DNA of 64,000 nucleotides. Source: Lama guanicoe. Taxonomy: Eukaryota. The position numbers and the translations under genes were made by a program. Each line of letters opens with the position of its first letter. The first letter of the stretch is position 1. A model generated the notes under the pieces. The model was not told the DNA's origin. It was given only the letters and a program-made list of their open reading frames with translations, and did no database searches. Positions 15,265 through 27,689 of this stretch are shown piece by piece. Location: assembly GCA_013239625.1 (NCBI GenBank), contig MU054212.1:9348898-9412897 (forward strand), read 5' to 3'.

Positions 15265-15510
15265 TGACAGAGAAGAAAGCGTAGTGGACTTGTCAAAGTC
15301 CTGTTTTAGCCCTGACTAGCTGTCTGACCTTGGGAAAGCTACTGAACTTTTCTGAGTCTCTTTTTTCATCTATGCTATGTGGGTGGCTAACAATGCCTTT
15401 TTGGCAGGCTTGTTGAAATCTGGTAAATTCTTTACATTATGTGTGTAAAGAATCTAACAGTGTTTCTTTGGGGCACTGGAAGAAAGATGGCATTCTCGTT
15501 ATTATTGCTG
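15265..15510 (+). mobile_element. MIR SINE
   Basis: actagctgtctgaccttgggaaagctactgaacttttctgagtctc...ttcatctat MIR core. Confidence 0.75.
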
Positions 15511-17439
15511 TTAGTATGGATGAGGGATGAGGTGGCTAGCTCCTCTGTTTCTCACTTCTGTGCCTTTTTTCAATGGGGTTTTGATGGTTTTCTTTAGGTT
15601 AAGCAAGTGCTTAGGCTGCTTAAATGCCCAATAGGAGAGTGAAATTGATCTGCTTTATCTTCTAATTTCTATGAAAGAGAAAACCTTTCTGTATCAATTA
15701 ATACCTGTTGGGTGCTCACTGAGAGCAAACTAGGTCTTACTTTCCTCTCCCAGAAACCAGACTGACAGAAATGTTGGGCTTTTTTTCTCCTTCTGATCTG
15801 TTTCCATTATCTCTCTGATTGGGAGTTAGTAAATTAAAGGGTTTAGACGTACTTATAGCTCAGATCCTTGAGCCCGTTGCATCAGAGGTCACTTTAGAAA
15901 CCTTGACCTAGGAGGAAAGAATTTTAAAGGAATCAACCTAAACCTTTTTGAAGAATGTTTTAGAATGAGCCAAAGGCATGTGCTGAAAATAGACTAGTGA
16001 AAATTCACAAGGATTTTATCTAATTATGTAAAAAGAAATCATTGGTTCAAATAACAGTAATACTTTAGAGGTATTCAAGGCTTTCTGTTTATGCATCTCT
16101 GCTACAGGAGCCAGACTAGTGTGATCTGTTATAGACTTTTGTCAGGAATAGGAACCATACTGCAGGACGCTCTGTCTTAGATCTGGGTGGGATGGTGTTG
16201 GGTGGGTAGGCAGGGCAGGGAAGGGCAGTAGAAATATGTTTCATGAGAAAGGAAATCAGTTTCAAAAGAAAGGGTAAGTATCCCCTCTCTAATTAATCTT
16301 TCTGACCCTTCATAAAAAAAGGCAGGAGATTCTCTAGTCTTGGAAATAGTTTTGGGGAGAATTAAAAATCTAAACTTAGTAAAGACCAGAGGAGAGGGTG
16401 TTTTGGTGTCTTGCAGTGCAGTATATGAATATAGCAACACCTTATCAGCTTTGATGAATCTTGGCCTTTTTGTTTTGAATAAATATTGAATTTGGGGTTT
16501 TTTTATGTTTACAAGTTGAATTTTACGGTGATAGAATAACTTCTGTGTACTTGGATAAAGTCAGTTTATTCCATTTAACAAGCCCTAGACACTAGTGTTT
16601 TACTAATCTAATAGCGATCTCTAATACAATAGAAGTTGTACTTTAGGGGGCCATTTTATTTGCTCTGCGATGCTGTATAACTTTAGCAGGTTTTGGACCA
16701 TCATTTCTTTACATTATCCTGGAATGTCAGTTTAAATCATAATAGATTAAATAACCCTTTACATTTGTATTACAAAAAAATAACCAGGCTTAAGATGAGA
16801 ACTGGTTATTACTAGTATTGTTGTTGCCGAAACTGTTCTTAAAGGTTATTTTGTTCTCTTAAAAAGTACTTAGATGTTAATGCTAACTGGAGGGAGAAAT
16901 TGATGATAAATATTTGCAGAAAGTAAAAGAATATATAAAAATTTTATCCGTATACTTAGTTTCATTTCAGTAAGCCTTTAGAGGTTGAGTTACTCTGTGG
17001 TAGTGAGTTACATTCACACTTTACTTTTCTGGAACTCATCCAAGAATAAGAATAAAGAGAAGTACCCCTCACCTGCTCTGGTCCCCACATGTGCACCTTC
17101 TCATATGAGAGTTCCTGAGGCTGTCACGTGTATAATGATAAACTCATTATCTGGTATCTAGTTTGTAAGTCGCTGCAGATTAGAAGTAGACAATTTAGAA
17201 GTGGAGAAAGGAGCTACAGTGAGAGTACTGAAGTTGACAGGGAGACTATTAAAAACCACGTAAGAACTGAAAATGCCCAACAGTCTAGAACGTCTAACCA
17301 CCTAGATATCTCGAGGCCATCATATATCAAAAGCAGTGCAGTACTTAATTTAACATTCATAATGATGATTCTGAGGCATCAAAATAATGCTAAATTATTT
17401 TTATCCCGTTACATTTTTCTTTTGGTACTTCTAATACTT

Positions 17440-17670
17440 CTATTAGTAAGACATCTTACATTTGCGTGTTGGTTTTCTATTTACAGAGCACTTTCTCTTG
17501 TACTTTTTAATATTCACAGCAACCTAATTAAGTTAGGTGAGGCAGATACTCTTATCCTGATTTTACAGATAAAGATGCAGGTCCTGGAGAGGTAACTGGA
17601 ACAGAGCCCATTGCCGAATTAAGAGTGAAATCTTTCAACACCAAATGTCTTTGCATTACACCAAATTATT
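17440..17670 (-). mobile_element. MIR SINE
   Basis: attcacagcaaccta...cttatcctgattttacagataaaga antisense MIR core. Confidence 0.7.
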
Positions 17671-17889
17671 TCTGCAGCGAATGATACAAACATCAATCAG
17701 CCTTACTTTTCTAGTCTGCTTTATAGTTAAAGCAGAATTTTATAAAAAATTGTGATATATTTTACAGTACTTTTTATCCAAAGTTGATTAAAAAAATTTG
17801 GCGGGGGATGCTCAATAGAGTGTAACCTAATTATCCAGGAATCCAGGTATGTAGAATGTTCCTGAGATTCTCTTGTATTTTGGCTTTTC

Positions 17890-18230
17890 TACCCAGTCAA
17901 GTCTTTATCATTTTCCCTCTGAAATCTTATTCTGAACCCATTGTCCTTTGCTGTTGTCACTGACACTTCACTGCTTTTCCTGTGTGGTAAGTATCCTTTT
18001 GCCCCATCTCCGTTGTCTCCCAACTGCCCTTTGACTGACTTCATTTTATCACTACTGCCAGATTAATCTTTCTTAAGGACTGCTTTTATTACATTACTTG
18101 GCTTTTTAATAACTTTTCTTGGCTTCTTATGGCCTAAAGTATCAAATGCATGTTCTTAATTTTGTCATTCAAGCCCTCTGTTACTGACACCATGTAACAT
18201 ACTTGACCTTCATTTTTATTACTCCCTTGT
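17890..18230 (+). mobile_element. L2 LINE remnant
   Basis: actactgccagattaatctttcttaa...tggcttcttatggcctaaag...cattcaagccctc resembles the L2 3' region. Confidence 0.55.
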
Positions 18231-18981
18231 GTGGCACTTACATACTGGGTATAAGTATTGGAAAAACCAATAAGTTTTTCCTACTTATTACATGTTTTTC
18301 CTATTTCTTTGTAATTAATCCTTTTACTAGTTTTCTTTGACACTTTAGGACATTTTCATTTAGGACATTTGTCTCTTAGAACTCCTCAAGCATTCATACC
18401 TGTACCAGCTGCCCTAACTTATACACCTTATGGTTCCTTGGGCAGCTGTGGTTAGTATTCTTTCAACAGTACTGGATTTTGAATAAGAAATTTTTAGTTG
18501 GTCTCGGATCAGGTACTTATACCTTTGTGACTTTACACAAGTCATTGTAGGAGCATTTCAATGGCATTTTAGAAGAATAAGCAAATTTGCAGCGCCTTTA
18601 GACTTGAGTGGGGATGAGAAAGGGAAGGCTGTGACAAAAAGGAGATATTGTCTAGCCAAAGGGATATCTGTATTTGAAGAAATGCTTTTTAGATTGTGTT
18701 AAGACTGGAAAAAATTTTGAGTATGTTCATATGTTGAAACAAATATTCTAGGAAATGATTAAGATCTGCTTTCCAACTCATAGTACCTTTTCCGATTTTT
18801 AGTTTTTCTTCTGTGAAAATGCAACAAGTCTTGAAGAAATCTTGATAAATTTATCTGTTAAACTTACATGCTTTGGAGAATTGAGATATGAGATTATGCT
18901 TTTCAACCACTTTTCCCTCCATTCAGGGCTTAGCAAGGTTCATTTATTTCTGCATGTATGTATTTGTTACTTTATAGTATG

Positions 18982-19346
18982 TGCTATGGGCTGAATTGTG
19001 TCCCTCCAAAATTCATATTTAAGCCATAACCCCCCAATGTGATTATCTGGAGGAGGGTTTCTAGGGGATGATTAAGCTTGAATGAGGTCGTATGGGTGGG
19101 ACCCTAATCCAGTAGGGCTGTGGCCTTGTAAGGAGAAGAAGGCAGATCCCTTTCCCTTTTCCCCTCTCCCTACGTGTGAGGACACAGCAAGAAGGGGGCC
19201 ATCTGAAAGCCAGGAAGAAAGCGCTCACCAGAAACCAAAAATCCTGTGGGACCTTGAAGTTGGACTTCTCAGCCTCTCAAACTATGAGAAAATAAATTCA
19301 CCCAGTCTGTGATGTTTTGTCATGACAGCTTGAGCAGGTTTAGATA
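18982..19346 (+). mobile_element. MLT1A/B-type MaLR solo LTR
   Basis: tgctatgggctgaattgtgtccctccaaaattcata...ggtgggaccctaatcca...ggacttctcagcctc...tgagaaaataaatt. Confidence 0.9.
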
Positions 19347-21739
19347 GCATTTAATATGTACTCAGTTCTTTGGTATTTTCATCCTATGTATTAACTGAAA
19401 GGGCCTTTCAGTGTATCTGTAGAAGGGTAGGGTTTCTAAATTTCCAAATAGTGTGTTTTCAGGTAACGTTCTCTGATCATGTTCCCTTATCTTTATTCTC
19501 CTGATTGGATATTAATGCACTTTGAACAGTGATTTTTAAAATATTATTTTGAATTTTTTTCATAAGGTTTGCTTTTAGAGATCTTCCTGCCTCATTGTTT
19601 GAGATGCTCTTAATATCTGAGTGTACCATCTTATGATGAAACAGAGACCTTTGCTTTCCAGGTCTGGTTTTGATAGTGTTTTGATTTCTTTGACTTGCTG
19701 AAGCCTCTAAATGTGGAGCCTGGGCACCCCCAGAGAGTTTCTGTGTTGCTTTGCAGTGAGTGACACTGGAATTCAAATAGATACGGCTTGGGGCTTCTAA
19801 AAAGGCTCTCGTGGCTAAGGTTTTCACTGGTTTTTGATGTCCACATGTAAATAAGCTAAGCAGACTGAAATTCAAAAAAATTGATTTTCTATATCTCTGT
19901 TTAATTAAAAATGCTTTTTCAGTGATAGTTCTGCACTGGAGAAATAGTACTAAATCTGTTTAGCATAATTTAAAATTACTTTGGAGAGTTTCAACAGTTC
20001 TGGCATGAAGAAATAGACTTTCGTTAAATCAATCCCATAATAATTATTATGTAGGCAAGTTTATTATTTCATTTAGCCTTTTACATTACTGATGTTCTTT
20101 AAAGGGCTGTTCTGACGTAATCTCTCCAGCTTAATCTATTTGCCATACCACAGCTTATAATTGCTTTAGATTGGAAGATTATAATGAATGACCTTATTAT
20201 TAACCAGTAGCAAATCTGTCTTATGTTCCTAGCCTTAGTATGGCCTTTACTTATGAATAGTTAAATGATTCAGATGTCAACATTATCACTTTGGTTAGAA
20301 ACTTACACAGTAACATTTCCTTTTTTATTTTTATAGTTACCCTCAAGATTTGACATCTCCAAGCTCTCTAACTTTTCAGAAGTAGTAAATTTAATAATGG
20401 TATAGTCATGTAATGATCAGAAATTAACTGAATATCTGAAATGGATCTCCCTTTAGATAAGATGGTAAAGATTGTCACCCTCTCCCAATTTTATTATCTT
20501 TTGTTAATACAGAAACCCCAGACTATTCAGCTATTTTCCTGGAATCCTCAGACTGGTGAAAAATGGGGAAAGAGTTCTTCCTATCAAAAAATCTTACACA
20601 GTCATTGAACTTCTAAATAAATACGACCTAGAAAATTCAAATATCTAAAGATAATACTTGTTTATCTTCCAGTTGGTGTTCCACTTGGCCAGTTTTTCAA
20701 ATAGTTGTTATAATGTGTGTGCTTCATTTTTGGTCGTACCCTTAAAAGACCTTTACCTACACAAAGGCTCATAAACAGGAAAAGTGGCAACAGGCTAAGG
20801 AGAACATATGAGAAAGATGAAAACAACGGGAAAGAAGATTAAGAATAATAATTGCCCTAGTGGGAAATTTGTACTAGAGAAAGTTTGACAGTGGGGAAAA
20901 GAGCCTATGATGTGGTGATGGAAGAGAATTGTTATAAGATGAGTGCAGGGAAAAGTTGCCAGATAGCTACCTCTGTCTCACATAACCCCAAGGCATCAAT
21001 CAGTGTGCTGGGCTAAAAGCACGAGGACTAGTTTAGCAGTCTAGTGGCAAGGGAGTGAGAGCAGGTTTTAGTATGATGGTAGGTCTAACCATTTTGAGAT
21101 ACTACATCATTTATAAGTATATTCTTTGTACAGCATTATGTAGTAATTTGAGATGACAGAGAAGTGCTTTATGCTGCTAAGGCAGCTTTTTAATTTTTAT
21201 TGAGTGAAAAAAACTATGTGAAAAGTCCATTATATAAACTTCTAGTTGATTAGAAATTGAGTGTCACAACTATAACTTACCTCAGTATGTGATATAACAA
21301 AAACACAGTAATATTTTGGAAAGAGCACCACAATCATAAACTTGAAATCTTGACTTAGTTTTGCCTTTAAACTAGCTGTATGACCTTGGATAAATTAATC
21401 TCTGCAAGTCTTATTTTCATTATATTTATTTAACATGTTAATAATATCTGAACTATGTACCATGTAAGGTGATTAAAACTATAAAGCCCTATAAAAACTT
21501 AAGGTCTACAGAAATATTTTCTTGCCCTGGAAAAGTTTACAGCATACAAATAGATACGAAGATGTAGTTGATAAATCTTTATGTTTTTATTCTTCAGTCT
21601 TTAATAATATTCCCTAGCACATTTAAAATGTTATCTTTTCAAGCATGCTGTGAATTTAAATTACCCTCTTTTTGTACAAAAGCAAATGCTATTACAGTTC
21701 TTTTTTAAGTTATGGTGTATTTTATCTTATAGTTTACTT

Positions 21740-22310
21740 TATTTTTTATTGAGGCAACATTGATTTATAACATTATATAGGTTTCATGTGTAAAACATTG
21801 TATTTCTGCTCCTGTATACCCCACATGTGCTCACCACCAAAAATTTATTTTCCATCCATCATCATACAGTTGATCCCCTTTACCCATTTTGCCCTCACCC
21901 CTGATAACTCCCACCCCCCCAAACTTCTCTCCGGTAACCACTACTCTTCTCTGTATCTACATATCTGTTTTTGTTTGTTTTGGTTTGTTCATTTATTTTA
22001 TTTTTTGTTTATTAGGTTTTTTTATGTTCCATACATGCATGAGTATGGTATTTGTCTTTTTATTTCGTGACTTATTTCACTTAATGTAATACCCTCAGGG
22101 TCTGTCCATGTTACTGCAAATAGCAGTATTTCATCCTTTGTTATGGCTCTGTAGTATTCCATAGCATATACACACAGACACACACACATACATACACTTT
22201 ATCCATTCATCTGTTGATGGGTACTTAAGTTGTTTCCATATCTTGGCTATTGTAAATAATACTGAAATGATCATGGGAGTGTAGATATCTTTTTGCATGA
22301 GTGTTTACAT
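21740..22310 (-). mobile_element. L1 3' end (L1MA9-like) with (CA)n tract
   Basis: ttttttattgaggcaacattgatttataac...ttatttcacttaatgtaataccctcaggg...ttggctattgtaaataat. Confidence 0.85.
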
Positions 22311-25300
22311 GACCACTGTAATTTCAAAATAAACGTATAATCATTATATATAACAAGACTGTGTCCTGAGATTCAGCAAATTTTTTCACATTTGGTAGAT
22401 GCTGAAATGTTTTCTCTTTTCCTAGATGCTAGAAAAGGATGAAGGAGTGGCTTAGTTGCATACATTAAAGAAACAGAATAAATTGTGAAAGTTGACAGAA
22501 GTAGAGTGGTAACAAGGCATTTCTCTGTTTGCATTTCTGCTCTGTCAGCATTTCCTTGGTGTTACGTGCTAACTAAACTTGAATGTTAAACAACAGGGAT
22601 TTTCCAACTTCTTAATTTCTTGCACTAAATAGTTAATATTATAAGAAAGTCCATCTTTTGGCCAAAAAGGAAATTTGAATTTTGTTCTTAAATTTCCAAC
22701 CCCTTAGTTCTACAGAATTCACTGAGACATAAATGCAGAACTGAGTGGAATTTATCTGTTTTATCTGGCATCATCTTGGAATGAAACTATCCTCTATACT
22801 GGTGTGATTACCACTGCATGTTTTCATTTCTTAGCCTCCCTCTAAAAAGAAAAGGACCATCTGCCATGTATATGTTAATAAATGTTTTTAAATGCAATTC
22901 AAATATTAAAGATTTCTTATTGGTGTTACATGATCAATCTTGTAAAATTTTGATATTTTTACATAAAGGTTAGCCCTTCCTATGATCAAAATACCCCAGG
23001 GCGATAGTATTGGGAGTACTGTTTTAGTGATAAAGATTATAGTGTGGGTAAGTTTCCTACAAGGCCCCATGATGGTAATACCCCTAGATTTTGTCGTTAA
23101 AGAAAACTGCTGAGAGGCAATAATTTTTTTTGTATGTGTCCCATTTTCATTAATGCATGGTAATTGATGGAGTTGCAGTGACTTGTAGCAGTAATGAGTT
23201 CTAAACATAATAATGCACTCTTTTCTAATAAGTGAGCACTGCTGGGGTTTAAAAGCATACTAAATCAGTTGCTTTAGTATGAATTTATTAGTTTTTTTCA
23301 GCATTAGCTTTAATAGTAGTTATTTACATAAGCGTACATCCCATTAACCGCCATCAGGGCTGGAAAACATGCTGAACTGTTCATATTTTCATATAATTAT
23401 TGAACATAATGGTTTCATTTGCATTTCTAAACAGTGATGTTTCTGTCAGCCTTGGAAATAGTGTCTTTACGCAGTCCCTATTTCACATCCACTTATTTGA
23501 CATCGTTAAATTTTATGCTAATGTGCTTCCCTAGAATATCATCAGTAGGACAGATGCTTGTGCTTTAATATACAAATCAGGGATGCTTTTCCATCCCCCA
23601 AATGGCAAAGGAAGTTTTTAAAATCTGCACTTTTAGATACAGAGTCTGTCTCCATGTAAATAGGTTTACGAAATAAAACTTTCAGGGTTAAATGTCATAA
23701 TCTGGTTTTCTCTTCAGAATACTTCATTATGAATAGCTATTTACCTGACTAAGGTTAGTTTTGTTGTCTTAAATGAGGAGATGAATCTTAGTAAAGATCT
23801 TGTTGCTTATGAATATTTAGAATTACGCTTCTAAAATGTTGATCTTGAGATGCACAATTTTTAGTGCCTTTCAGTATCTCAGGCCACAGTGTTAGTTTTC
23901 AAAGTATTCCCTATATTTTTGTTCCTTTAGTTTCTTAACCTGGATTGTAATATCTCATGGTGGAAGCTGTTATGTTAATGCTTTTGGGATCTAAGCTTTT
24001 TATGTGCTCTTCGAAAATGTTCAGTGTGAAAAAAAATATGAGTCACTTGGTGGGGGAAGGGTGCAGGATGGGATGTCAAGAGCATGTCAGTGAGGTAGCA
24101 GAACTAATACGGAAGGACAGGTTTTATGGAAAAACTCCTTGCCTTTTGGACATCTGTGTGTACTGTCAGCTTTTGTTTCTCAAACATTGTGGATGCTTTG
24201 GTGAATGCTGTCAGTCAGATGGCTGGAAATTATTAAACAAGAGCAACCAACTAAAGAATTGTTTGGAGGGTTGATTCTTGGGACTACCACTTTTTGTTCT
24301 TTTTCGTCCCCTTTTTTTCATGTGTTCTTACAGCGCAGAGCAACATTCTACTGTTGACTCTTAGTGGACCTGCAGTGCCATAGCTGACTCTGCAAAGTTC
24401 AAAATGCAAGGTTGGCATTCTGGCAAGATAGGCTAAAGAAACAGCTTTAAGAGTTCTTGCCCCAAATTACTTGCTAAAAATATTTTAGAACTGATAGAGC
24501 ATAAAATTGATGCAGCATAAAAGGATTATTTGCATAGAAATGTTGTTGGGCTTTACAGGTCAGAAGGCACTGAAATTTTTGCAAGGACTTCTGTTCTTCG
24601 GGGAATTTCCAGAGAAGAAATATGATAAGAGTTGTGGAGAAACTGCTATAGAGGTAGCTATTCATTTTTACCCCAACTTTTTCATGAGTTTTCTGTATTG
24701 TCTCTTAAGATAGTCTGAGATTAGTACTTCTCACAAGGATGGGATCCTCTGAACTCTGGTATTGAAAACTGGTCATGCCCCTCTGTCTATGGAAAATGTA
24801 GCCTTCACTGTCGCCAGGTAGAAATTGTATGTGAAAAATTTTAGAAAGTTCTTAAAATCTAGCCTTACTTATTATAAGCAAGGCAGTGTTTTCAACTCTC
24901 TATAAAGCGATTTGTGGTTGCATTCTTCAGCAAACAACTGTTTTTGGTGTGGTATAGTTTACGTATTTTCTCTTTTATGACTGAGGGAAGACAATTACCA
25001 CCACCCTTTTAGAGGTGGTGAGAGTACTTAGAAATAAATGTCAAGCACTGAGAGGTGCCTGAGTGACACCTGTTCTGCAAAGCTGCAGGGACTCTTTGGC
25101 ATCCACTGTGTTGCAGCTGTTTAAGCAACTTTAATTTAGGGTACTTGATTTTTCAATGCATATATTTTATTTATTTTTCCATCATTAGCTAGGAAGTAAT
25201 TCATCTTAGAATTCTGTAGCCTGAGATATTTACAAATGTGTATCTATTACTCTTTTGTCAGCTATATGATTAGTGCTAGTATTTGAGGACATAGGAGGAG

Positions 25301-25859
25301 CCTAGGGAATAGTTGATAATTAATACTTTATTTAATTAAAACATTTTAATTTATTTTTCCCTGATTTAAAAAATAATACATGCATATTATGGAATATTTC
25401 ATTCTTGAAATCATCAGTATGTGGCACATTCATATTTTCCTAGTTCATTTAGTCATCACTTGAGTAGCTAGATGGAAGCAAGCAGGTCCAATTTGACATT
25501 ACAATGAAATTCAGATCTCTTGCCTTTAATTTTCTTTTATTATATTTTATTTATATTTTCAATTATATTTTATTTTAGATGAACTATTAAACATCTGTTT
25601 TAAACACAACAGAAAAGTCAGCCAGAAGATGTTTAATGGTATATGTTTATAGAATACTTGCCAGTTCAATTGTGTAATGATATTTGCAGAAGTTTGCAGC
25701 TCAGTTTTACGGTTATGTCTAGGTGGCGAGGAGGACCCAAAAGAATGAGAAATCTGAAATTGATGTGATTTTAAGGGAAATGCTGGGAAAAGAAAATTTC
25801 CATGGAGCTTATTTAGTGCTCAGTACACCTGTGCTTTGCTAAGCCAGGCAGTTAAATAC

Positions 25860-26000
25860 AGCTCTGTGATGGGTGTAAGTAACTCTTTAAACTTCAGATT
25901 CCTTTTCTGAAAAATTAGGATAATAATAGCATTTACTTTGAAGAGTTATTCTGAGGATTAACTGAAATCATTCACATTAAATGCTTTGTAACCACATTAG
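25860..26000 (+). mobile_element. MIR fragment
   Basis: ctgaaaaattaggataataatagcatttact...gaggattaactga. Confidence 0.65.
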
Positions 26001-26124
26001 AATCACTAAAAAAAGAGAAAAAAAAGTTATTTTTGTCTGTCATTGACTTCCCAGAAGCAGACAAAGCTAAAGTGACTCTGGCTTGCTTTCCTCACTTTCC
26101 TGTCATCTAGTCCCTTGCGACTCC

Positions 26125-26270
26125 AGGCGCACTCCGTGGATTTGTAATGTCAGCATCACCAGCAATACCTGGGAGCTTGTTAGAAATGTAGAATCTTAGA
26201 CCTCATGCCAGATTTTATTTTTTTAGAATCTGCATTTTAACAAGATCCTTGTACAGTAAAGCAATGTTTG
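26125..26270. mobile_element. MER5A-like hAT-Charlie DNA transposon
   Basis: cagcatcacc...cctgggagcttgttagaaatgtagaatct...gaatctgcattttaacaagatcc. Confidence 0.8.
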
Positions 26271-26419
26271 TACTAATTTCTTGCAATAAGGAATTTTGAG
26301 TGTAAGAGATCTGAGCAGTGGAGAAATATAATTACTCTCTTTTCTAAGTTCTCCCTTCCCGATTTTTGGGCTTTGGATAGTGAAGGGACGTGTACGTGAG
26401 AGGAGTGTATCTATTAGCA

Positions 26420-27520
26420 TGTAGTCTGCTGCTGTTAGGTGTTTATTCTACAGGTGTCAGATGTGTGCCGTGAGGCTTCTTTATGCATATTGACTTTCCA
26501 TCTACTTGTTTTATCAGTTATTGAGAAAGGGAGATTGAAATCTCTGAGTATGGTTGTGGATTTATCTCTTTCTCTTTGAAATGTTGTCAGATTTTGCTTC
26601 ACGTATTTTGAAGATCTGTTTTGAGGTGCACAGAAGTTTAAGATTGCTGCCTCCTCCTGATGAATTGGTCCCTGTATCATTATGAAATGATCTTCTTTAT
26701 TCCTGGTAATATTCTTTGCTCTTAAATCTACATTGGCTAATATTTATTGGCCTTCTTTTGATTAATGTTATCATGGTATATATTTTTGTATCCTTTAGCT
26801 TTTAACCTATTTGTGTCGTTACATTTCAAGCACATGATTCATAGCCAGCATGTAGGTGAGTCTTGCCTTTTAATCCAATATGACATCTATACCTTTTACT
26901 ATGGTATTTAGACCGTTTACATTTTGTGATTCTTGGTAAGTTGGTTTTGAGTTTATCATTTTGCAGTTTGTCTCACTTGATCTTTGTTCCTTTTTTTCCT
27001 TTTTTCTACCTTCTTTTGGATTGACTTTAATTTTTTGAAAATCTGTTTTGTTGGCTATTAGTGATCACTTTATTCTTTCTGGTATCTAATGGTTGCTGTA
27101 AGGTATTCATATTCACCTAACTAATAACAGTCAACTTTCCTTCCAATGATGGATTGTACCTATTTGGCTACTTTACAATACTGTAATACCATTTCTCACT
27201 CCCTGATCTTTGTGCAATTGTCAAGATAAATTTTAATGTTATATCCATACCTTATTATTATCTTTGCTGAACAATCAGTTATCTTTAAAGAAGTTTAAAT
27301 AATAAGAAAAGCCTCATATATATTTACCCATGTAGCTACCTGTGCCAGTGTTCTTCATTGTCCATACATCTTTTATCACGTCCTTCTGTCCGACAGACTT
27401 TCATTAACAATTATTGTTAGTATGAATTCTGTTTTTGAATGTATGATAAAGTCTTTATTTTTCCTTCATTTTGAAGTGTTTTCCCTTCGGTTCTTTAAAA
27501 ATGTTGCTCGACTGTCATTT
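26420..27520 (-). mobile_element. L1 fragment spanning the ORF2 endonuclease N-terminus and upstream region
   Basis: Minus ORF 26435-26680 IHQEEAAILNFCAP...DFNLPFS matches L1 EN motifs (IQQEELTILNIYAP, GDFNTPLS). Confidence 0.85.
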
Positions 27521-27689
27521 CTACCAGTGAGCCATGGTTACCCTTTGTCTTACTGACCACCTTCCTTTTTGCCTCCAGGCACAGTTCATTCACTGTCTCC
27601 GTGATCTGCAAACTACTGTGTAATATCTTACCATTGCTGATAAGCACTCATCTGTGTTTTTTGGGGGCCTGATACTTCATTACTTTCTA

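Noticed and set aside
17128..17595. Longest ORF (155 aa) with a hydrophobic C-terminus
   Set aside because: Non-ATG start, runs into an antisense MIR, no recognisable domain.
26788..26796. GTATCCTTT U12-like donor
   Set aside because: Inside an antisense L1 with no evident upstream exon; shows the motif can occur by chance.
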